From Wallemia ichthyophaga EXF-994 (Eukaryota > Fungi > Basidiomycota), in contig NW_008806275.1 of assembly GCF_000400465.1 (NCBI RefSeq), positions 519,656 through 551,655 on the forward strand: a stretch of 32,000 nucleotides of DNA, written 5' to 3'. The notes beneath the pieces were generated by a model, which was not told the origin of the DNA, did no database searches, and saw only the letters and a list, made by a program, of their open reading frames with translations. Shown here in pieces: positions 24,425 to 32,000 of the stretch (positions within the stretch are counted from its first letter, which is position 1; each line of letters starts with the position of its first letter). The position numbers were made by a program, and so were the translations under genes.

Positions 24425-24684
24425 TTTTTGTGACTTGTTGAGTGTACGAGAGAAAGGCCAGCTGTCACTCAGGCCACATTGCATCCTCAAATTTTATAAA
24501 ATACATTTGAGCAAGGAGCTTGGTGTGTTACAAAAGCTATGCGCGGGTTTGTGTGTATGCATTGCAGCACCGCTGTGTCTTCTTCGTTCGGTGTCGGTGA
24601 GAAATGGAAGTGTCAGTGCGAGTGCGCTAAAATGAGCGCGGATTAGTGCATACAGCCAGGATATGATGGGATAAAGTTAAATTT

Positions 24685-25420
24685 CTACTTTGGGTGCTTG
24701 AAAATTCTGCTGTTACCTTCAAAACCAAGCTTGAGTGGATCGTTTGAAGGGTACTTGATGGGTCTTTTGAAGAATGACAGCTTTAGCTTGGTATTGCATT
24801 GTATGTTTCCGCCCGCACTTCTCCAATACACACCATTCTCGTATGCCTTGGTTGCAGACTGAGGTGAATCGTACAACACAAAAGCGTAAGCGTGTGCCTG
24901 TATCTAACGTGTCAGCGTGTCACCTTTGACTACCATCTGCCACGCACAAACTTCTTGCGATCGCGGTGAAAGTTTTGTACCCAACGCACAGCACCAAATC
25001 TACGAAAAGCAACGACGAGCTCTTCTTCTGTAGCCTCCAATGGCTGTCCAGTGACATAGAGCAGCGGACTGCGAAACTTGTACCGTATCGGTCTCTGTCC
25101 GTCTGCTGGGAAATCTACCTCATGTGCTTCTTGGACAGTTGGTTCGATGTGTAGCTTGTAATTGTGTAACAATCTCCCATTAAGCTGAAGCGCTTTGGCG
25201 AGCTCTGAAGCACTGGCGAAATGCACCAAAGACTGCCCGGAGTGGCCTCCGAATGGACTCCTTCTGAACAAGTACATATCCTTCACTTGGGCATGCTTTT
25301 CGAAGAATTGCTTCACTCCTGGCTCTGGGAGGTGTGGCTGGTGTTCTGTGAGACTGATTGGGTCGTGATTGCCCAACTCACCGGCAAGTTCTTCACCAGC
25401 AGTCCAAGATGGCGGCGCAT
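24685..25420 (-). CDS. Two-RRM RNA-binding protein, family unassigned
   Basis: ATG 25420 gives MRRHLGLLVKNLP (RNP2). Intron 25338-25381 joins PHLPEPGVKQFFEK...GQSLVHF; the second RRM is LLYVTGQP...RDRKKF|AHAYAFVLY (intron 24898-24947). An upstream ATG at 25533 with a weak-donor 89-nt intron (25440-25528) is possible. Confidence 0.75.
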
Positions 25421-25610
25421 GTTGAACAAAGGGTAAGACCTGCGAAGGAAGCAAAATTAGGACAACAGACGGCGCAGGATACACTAGAAAATTCAAATTA
25501 TCCCCCAGATCCACCCCAGATTCAAAACGTCATTTGCTCCAATTTTCTCAATCGGAACTGACTCTCGCTTAATTACCTTTTTACCACAATTGAGCGATTG
25601 AGCTATTAGA

Positions 25611-26855
25611 ATGACAGATAGGAATCTCTACAACCCAAGAACCGTAATCGACCATGCGGATTTCAAGAAACTCTCCGGCAAGCCGGAGCACACAGATGCA
25701 AATATCGCACTGTGCTACTCACCCGAGAAGAAAGTTTACATGGTCCAAAAGCCCCGCTTTGATCCTGCACCTGGTCAAGTAGAGTGTCATGTGAAAGCGA
25801 CTGGATTCTGTGGCTCGTAGGTGTTGTAATAGTGCCAATTTTCACTTTTATGCTCACACCAAATCACGCACAGCGATGTGCATTTTGCCCAGCATGGTGC
25901 CATTGGACCTATGGTAGTCGACGACATATGCGGCTGCGGGCACGAGAGCGCGGGTGAGGTTACGCGTGTTGGAGAAGGTGTTACAGATTTCCAGCCGGGT
26001 GACAGAGTGGCGATTGAGGCTGGTGTTCCTTGTGGAGTGTGCGACTACTGCAAGAGAGGCCGCTACAATGCTTGTCCAGACGTCGTCTTCTTCTCTACAC
26101 CTCCTCACCACGGCACTATGACACGCTACCACCTCCACCCCGCAGCGTGGCTGCACAAGCTGCCAGAAAGCATGTCCTTTGAAGAAGGTGCCCTCTGCGA
26201 ACCCCTCGCGGTGGCTATGGCGGGTATGCAAAGGAGTGGGATGAGACTAGGTGACTGTGTGGTTGTTTGCGGTGCTGGTCCAATAGGTTTAGTCACCCTC
26301 CTCGCGGCTAGAGCAGCTGGCGCAATCCCTCTCATCACTGACCTCTCCTCATCCCGTCTCGACTTCGCTAAGAAACTCGTGCCGTCTGTCAAGACAGTGC
26401 TGATCGAGAAGGGTCAATCGCCAAAAGAAGTCGCGGAGAAGATACAAAAGGTCGCCAGCATGCCTGTTACGTTGGCCATGGAATGTACTGGTGTCGAGAG
26501 CAGCATTCACGCTGCTATTTTCTCGATGGCTTTCGGAGGTAAAGTTTTCATCATCGGTGTGGGCAAGGATATACAGACAATCCCATTCATGCATCTATCA
26601 GCTAATGAGATTGATCTTCAATGGCAGTTCCGTGCGTTTAATTGATTATTTGTTGATAATTTTCATTTTCTGACCATCGTCTCTTTTTCAGGCTACGCTA
26701 ATCAGTACCCACGCGCTATTCGCTGCGTCGCTAATGGAATGATCGATGTCAAGCCGCTCGTAACTCACAGGTTCTGCCTCGAAGATGCAATGGATGGTTT
26801 CGAAACTGCCGCGAACCCAGCTTCCGGCGCTATCAAAGTGCAAATTGTTGATTGA
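25611..26855 (+). CDS. LAD1: Zn-dependent polyol dehydrogenase, L-arabinitol 4-dehydrogenase (LAD) clade
   Basis: Motifs KATGFCG|SDVHF, IGPMVV, GHESAG, structural Zn CGVCDYC...[48 protein letters not shown]|[10 protein letters not shown] and GAIKVQI. Introns 25817-25873 and 26632-26691. Confidence 0.88.
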
Positions 26856-26971
26856 ATAGTATTTTAGAGTCTTCGGGCTATTTCCATTTATGCATAGATT
26901 TGAGTATTATCATGGGTATGAAGAAGTGTATGTCTCAGAATATCGGTGGTATACAGGTGAAGTGGTGCCAT

Positions 26972-27626
26972 TCAACTCTGCGTCTTCTGAGTATCCCGCG
27001 TATTGTGGGCCTCTTGCATCTTCTGCATCTTAGTCTGTCTGCTATAGTACCTCTGGCGATGCAACTTCACATCGGCTATATCATCTTGTGTAAGCGAGAA
27101 CGCGGATCCAGAGTCAGCTTCGTGGGGAGAGCAAGTTGAGTGACTCCAACCGCTCCACGTGCTACCATCGACGCTACCCACATCTGTAGGAGGGCCATTG
27201 AGACCATTGAGATGTTTGTAGTTGTGTGTACATGTGTTGTTCGCGTTGCTAACGCTGCTTGCGTTATTGGCAGAGTCGAGCAGCTTCTTAAATCTTTTAG
27301 CAGCCTTGCGACTTTTCTTCTCCTTGAGATACGCCTCGTATTGCGCCAGCTTGTGTTCGTCGGCAGGTGTCTCGAGTGGTGGGGAGTGCTCGCGCGCTCC
27401 CACATCTGCCAGCAAAGGCTCGTCGGGCGGGTTATCGAGCGCCACAGTCCCGTACTTGGGCTTGGTCGTAGTAGGGGTCCACAGCAGAAATCGGAGTATA
27501 TCGCTTATGTACTGGCACACAGGCTCGAATAGCGCGTAAAGCACATCCTTATACGAGATGCTATCAATCGGCCTGTGTAATAGTGAAGGAGTGAGTGGAG
27601 TGTGGTGGAATAGCTTCTGCGTACAT
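26972..27626 (-). CDS. Orphan hypothetical protein (~200 aa); start codon split by an intron
   Basis: The 190-aa ORF has no ATG. A 52-nt GTACGC...ACTCAC...TACACAG intron (27573-27624) joins AT (27626-27625) to G (27572), giving MPIDSISYKDVLYALFEPVCQY in frame with the ORF. Confidence 0.7.
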
Positions 27627-27700
27627 GATGACGGTTATTTGATAACGATCAAGCGATCAAACGACCAAGCAAACAACCGAGAAACGATAAAGAAATAAAA

Positions 27701-28372
27701 ATGACGACACACTCGATAACAAACACGCTTATCGAAAACAATAAGTCTGCATATCTCAATGCAACACAGCATCCTTTCTTAAAGCAGCTGGGTAGTGCAC
27801 AGATCAATCCAGCGGCGCTGGAGAAATTCTTAAATCAGGACAGAATATTTGCGCTAGGATATTGCAAGTGGCTGAGTGCAATTGGAGGCAGAATACCCAT
27901 CCTAGAGAGGTCAGACAGTGCAGAAATGGTAGACAGCGAAGACGTCAAACTCCTCAATCTCATCAGTTTCGCCGTATCTAACGGATTAAGGGAAGTTGAC
28001 ATGTTCCCAAACACCCTCACATCCCTCAATCTGCAGTTTACGGAAGTTGAAGCCAGCGAGACTTGCTACGCGTACATCCGCTATCTCTACAGCCTGCGCG
28101 ACAACGATGAGGCATTGGTCGCGCTCTGGGCTTTGGAGAAGATTTATTTGGATGGCTGGAGCTATGCCAAGTCCAAAGACGCAGCAACATCCTCACCCTC
28201 ACCTTACACTGAGCTGCTGGACAACTGGACATGTCCCTCATTCGTAAACTTCGTAGACAGCGACCTGAAGTACCAAGTTGAACGCCTCAAAGGGGGCACA
28301 GATAAGCTCAACGACATCTTCTCCCAAATCTGCCAACATGAAATCTCATTCTTCCAACAGTGTCTACAATAA
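27701..28372 (+). CDS. TenA/THI-4 (heme-oxygenase-like fold) thiamine-salvage family protein, Cys-less TenA_E/Pet18-like
   Basis: Motifs ATQHPFLKQLG, FLNQDRIF, CYAYIRYL, LWALEKIYLDGW, YTELLDNWT...F and EISFF; intronless. Confidence 0.82.
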   Translation: MTTHSITNTLIENNKSAYLNATQHPFLKQLGSAQINPAALEKFLNQDRIFALGYCKWLSAIGGRIPILERSDSAEMVDSEDVKLLNLISFAVSNGLREVDMFPNTLTSLNLQFTEVEASETCYAYIRYLYSLRDNDEALVALWALEKIYLDGWSYAKSKDAATSSPSPYTELLDNWTCPSFVNFVDSDLKYQVERLKGGTDKLNDIFSQICQHEISFFQQCLQ

Positions 28373-28389
28373 CTCCTTTTTTATGTATT

Positions 28390-30469
28390 CTAGCACGTAA
28401 TATAACGCTGGTAAAGAATGCTGAGAAATTCATCGTTTTCCTGTATTGGTAATTAGTTTTAAGGGTTCAACAGACCGATTGCACACACCAATATAAGTGA
28501 CGCCAATGCCTGCTTAAATCCCCTTTCGTCTAACTTATGTCCGCTTGGATGACGTAGCAGGGTGAGTGTCGGTGTCATCACGTCTAATCCCACTTGAGGG
28601 CTTATCCTAGCCACTTCTGGTGTGTGTTGCGGAGGTTTTGTATGTGGTGAGGGTTGTGCGTATAGGTGCTGGATGTGCTGTGGTGGTTGTACTTGTGGTT
28701 GCTGGGGTGCCTGCGACACTTGCGGCATTTGAGGTGATGGTGGAAGTTGTTGCATTTGTTGTAATTGTGGCACTTGTGGTACTTGCGCCTGCCCCACTTT
28801 GCCTATGTTCCCAGCCTCTCCGCTACCTTGTGACTCTATAACTGAAGGACCTAAAGCGACGTCAGAAAAAGATTACGAGTCACTAGCACACTTCAACCCA
28901 CGTTGAATAATCCCCATGCCACCTATAGCTGAAGGTTTGCGTGTCTTTGGCACAGTCCTCACCTGCGTCCTAATTCCAGGGTTGAACAGGCCAGGCGAGG
29001 GTTTAAGGTCATCATTTTGCTGCTGCTGCATTTCCATCATCTTCTGCTGACGTTCTCTCTCTGCTCGAGGTGCGGTAGGTGGGGAAATGCCCAATGGGGG
29101 GAAATTCCTGTTGAATTGGTGGTTGCGAGGTGCTGTCGTGTCTGCTTGTGAACTCTGCTGCTTCTGTTTTTCCTCTTTCTCAGTTTCTCTTTCTTTCTCT
29201 CCTTTTCTCTCTCTTTCTTTCTCTCTTTCTGCCTCAAATTCACCCCCTTTCTCCTCGAAAGTGAGCTTTTTGAGACTCTCCAGCTCGTCATTCAGCACGA
29301 TCGGGTGGCGCGGCTCTGAGGGAGTAGCGGACGGAGTCACGGCGGAAAAGGGGAGTGGCGTAGGCGGGACGCTTGGTTGTATGTGCGGAGTGTGCATGTG
29401 AGCGGGTTGCTGTGGTACGCGAGCATCTATAGGGATAGAAAGCGGAGGTGTATGAGTGGAGTGAGTAGTGTGAGGTGTATGCGAGGGATGAACAGCGGGT
29501 GAGAAGGGCGACAATGGGGGTAATGTCTGCCCATACATGCCCATTTGAGGGGGTGGTTGGTTGTTTGTGGAGTGTAGAACGTACTGAGGCTGCTGAGAGT
29601 GCTGTTGCTGCTGCTGCTGCTGCATGTTCGGCATACTCGACATATTCGGCACACTCGGCACACTCGACACTGAGACGCCATTACTGCCGTCGACGGTAGC
29701 TGTAGGGGGCAAACCAAGGAAAGAAAGAAGCTGCTGTGTGCCATCTACCTTTACGTCCTCATATTGCGATGGTGTAGGCTGGGACTGCTGTAGCTTGCCC
29801 CACTTGTGGCTGACGGACGGCAGTGTAGATGGAGCAGGTGCAGCGTTCGCCGCTGACAGGGCGGGGCTGTCGAAGTTGCCAAAAAGATCATCTACTGAAA
29901 GTGGTTGGCCTGGTTGCTGCTCGATATTCTCGTGATTTCCCTTGTCCTGTGCACTAGCTGGGGAATGGCTTATACTGGCAATAGCAGGATCAACGAGTGA
30001 ATCCTGCTTGGGCTTTGTGGATGACTTCTCTTTCGCAGCTAAACGCTCAATCTTCTCAATACACTTGGATATACGAGGTCTGTGGGTGGCGTCGAATACC
30101 CAAACGCCCCATATAGCATCCTCGTCGGCTGGTCTGAAAATAATGTAGTCGCCCGTCAGTTGAAGATCATCTGTGCCAGTAAAGAGCGTTATAAAGTTAT
30201 CTGGCCCAGATCTGTTCAGGATGAATAAGCCATATCTAGGCATGACGCTTCTTGTAAATATAAACATGGATCCTTCTACCATCTCCTTCCTCCAACCAAC
30301 GCCTTCCACGAAGCTGTACAGTACCGCGTACGACGTCCCATCCAGTATATCTTCCACAGCTTCGTCGTCTGTATAAATATAAATTAAATAGTTCTCCAGG
30401 CCTCAAATTTATTAGCCCACGCTGCTTCAGCACTCTTAAATTAAATGCCCGCTTTTGGCTAGCGTCCAT
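28390..30469 (-). CDS. DCP1: mRNA decapping activator DCP1: EVH1 domain, long P/Q-rich linker, C-terminal helix
   Basis: MDASQKRAFNLRVLKQ|HDEAVEDILDGTSYAVLY...WRKEMVEGSMFIFTRSVMPRYGLFILNRSGPDNF...GDYIIF...GVWVF (DCP1 EVH1). Introns 30369-30420, 28851-28901 and 28441-28488. Ends LDERGFKQALASLIL|ENDEFLSILYQRYITC*. Confidence 0.88.
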
Positions 30470-30487
30470 CGTTTCTGAGCAAGAGAT

Positions 30488-30781
30488 ATGGGCTTCGGAA
30501 ATCCATCAACATCCAACAACTTGTTCTCCATAAATCCACCCGCTAGAGGTTCATTCCCCTTGGATCATGACGGCGACTGCACACAGCCTATGAAGCTCTA
30601 CCTCAGCTGTCTACGCCACAACAGCAACAACAACGGCGCATGCAGGCAACTCTCCAAAGCTTATCTCAAATGTAGAATGCACAATGGCCTCATGGACAAC
30701 GATAACTTTGACAATCTTGGCTTTAGTGGTGTGCACGATGGCAGAGACAATGGCAATCAAAATTCTGAGAGGTTGGTGTAG
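30488..30781 (+). CDS. COX19: Cytochrome c oxidase assembly protein COX19 (twin CX9C)
   Basis: Motifs [15 protein letters not shown], two CX9C ([22 protein letters not shown]) and RMHNGLM...LGF. Confidence 0.94.
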   Translation: MGFGNPSTSNNLFSINPPARGSFPLDHDGDCTQPMKLYLSCLRHNSNNNGACRQLSKAYLKCRMHNGLMDNDNFDNLGFSGVHDGRDNGNQNSERLV

Positions 30782-30828
30782 AGTGTATATCAAGTATCTC
30801 TTCTTGTATTTCATTTGTCATATGTATT

Positions 30829-32000
30829 TCAAACTCCTCTCGTACTCCTCTCTAACCACCTAATGGCTCTCTCATCACCCCTCTTCTCCAGCTCCGGCTT
30901 CAGCGTCTTTAAACACCTTTCGTGATATTCGTTCAGCCACTCCTTCTCTCCTTGGCTAAGTAATTCGACTTCTATCAGGTTTGTGCCGATTGGACACAGT
31001 GTGAGTGTCTCAAAACCCGCAAACTGCGTCTCATCTGTGCTATTTGGTGCTTTGTAAGGAACGATGGCCAGTATTGCTTCGGTGCGTATTCCAAACGTGC
31101 CAGCCTCATAATACCCTGGCTCATTCGAAACCAGATATCCCTGTTTCAACGTCGTGTCGTTGAATCTAGGAGAGATGGAGTGTGGTCCTTCATGCGCCCC
31201 TAGATGGCTGCCGATCCCATGTCCAGTCCCGTGCATATACTCCAGCCCTTCTCTCCACAGCGGCATTCTAGCAATTGCGTCAATGAAAGCTCCCGGTACT
31301 TTATCGTTGGGAATAACCGCGCTAGCTAGGGCGATATGGCCCTGAAGCACTCTAGTAAAAGCCCTCTTCAGCTTCTCACCTGGGTTAGTCCTCCCGAAGA
31401 AGTAAGTGCGCGTCACATCAGTTGTGCCATCGAGGAACTGTGCACCGGAATCGCACAAATAGACTTTCTCAACGTCAATCACAGCTGAATCCGTCTCACT
31501 GGGACTGTAGTGTATCACCGCACCGTTGGCCCCTGTTGCTGAGATAGTGTTGAACGAGAGACCTCTGAATAAGTCGAGGGAGCTTCTATACTGTTCCAAA
31601 ACGAGTGCAGCGTCGTGTTCCTTAACAGTATGTCCATCGTGCAGGCCCTCTTCCAGCCAGGCAAAGTACTGCGTGAGAGCGACGCCATCGCGTGCATGTG
31701 CTGCCCGCGCACCCTGCAATTCTACTTGGTTCTTCACCGCCTTAGCCTCACCTACAGGAGAGCGAGCGACGCGAACATGTTCCTCGCGAACCGCCCTGAC
31801 TACCTCCCAATTAGCCTTGTCTGAGACGAGTACCTTTCTCTGCGCATCCTCCGCATCGCAGCTGAGCGGGGGGAGAGAGGGGTAGAAGTCCGCATACGGC
31901 TTTAATTCTACAGCCGCACTGCGCATCTGGTCGATAGCCTCCTGCGTCATTCGTCCACTGTCTACATACAATGTGCACGCATTCGCGGTGACAATGGCGT
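30829..32000 (-). CDS. Xaa-Pro aminopeptidase P (M24B, XPNPEP1/Fra1-like), 5' end outside the window
   Basis: The frame is open to base 32000. Motifs AHARDGVAL, SFNTIS.TGANGAVIHY, YLCDSGAQFLDGTTDVTRT, HGTGHG, HEGP and SNEPGYY...FGIRTE. Confidence 0.93.
   Translation of the reverse strand, partial: AIVTANACTLYVDSGRMTQEAIDQMRSAAVELKPYADFYPSLPPLSCDAEDAQRKVLVSDKANWEVVRAVREEHVRVARSPVGEAKAVKNQVELQGARAAHARDGVALTQYFAWLEEGLHDGHTVKEHDAALVLEQYRSSLDLFRGLSFNTISATGANGAVIHYSPSETDSAVIDVEKVYLCDSGAQFLDGTTDVTRTYFFGRTNPGEKLKRAFTRVLQGHIALASAVIPNDKVPGAFIDAIARMPLWREGLEYMHGTGHGIGSHLGAHEGPHSISPRFNDTTLKQGYLVSNEPGYYEAGTFGIRTEAILAIVPYKAPNSTDETQFAGFETLTLCPIGTNLIEVELLSQGEKEWLNEYHERCLKTLKPELEKRGDERAIRWLERSTRGV

Noticed and set aside
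28544-28593. Extra DCP1 introns (GTGGGA...CCAAG, 50 nt; also GTGAGG at 28962)
   Set aside because: Splicing either one shifts the frame to a premature stop and loses the conserved C-terminal helix, whereas read-through is open.

Overview
Eukaryotic, not prokaryotic. This is a very gene-dense fungal (basidiomycete-like) genomic segment with 22 protein-coding genes. I reconstructed 26 short GT-AG introns (44-60 nt) by hand. The compactness, ~50-nt introns and protein style suggest a Wallemia-like genome (inference, not checked). Order: calcipressin/RCAN (-, partial), PRP4 kinase (+), eIF3b (-), TLC-domain protein (-), REV1 (+), hypothetical beta-rich protein (-), GH5 steryl-glucosidase EGCrP2/EGH1 (+), PGI1 (-), TRM5 (-), COX5 (-), IWS1/SPN1 (+), GCN20 (-), CIA30-family protein (-), SAH1 (-), 2xRRM protein (-), L-arabinitol dehydrogenase-like (+), orphan (-), TenA (+), DCP1 (-), COX19 (+), aminopeptidase P (-, partial). 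I see no transposon, rRNA, tRNA, CRISPR array or biosynthetic cluster, and no clearly new multi-gene system. Best leads: (1) head-to-head genes with start codons only 18-74 nt apart, some with a TATA-like motif inside the partner's first intron; (2) a long DCP1 ending in a metazoan/plant-type trimerization helix that appears only after splicing; (3) an unexplained ~140-nt fold-back followed by an Sm-like site between the CIA30-like gene and SAH1; (4) an ATG split by an intron; (5) four UBM-like repeats in REV1; (6) a natural Y318F-type LAD variant. All splice models come from reading motifs and frames and need RNA-seq confirmation.
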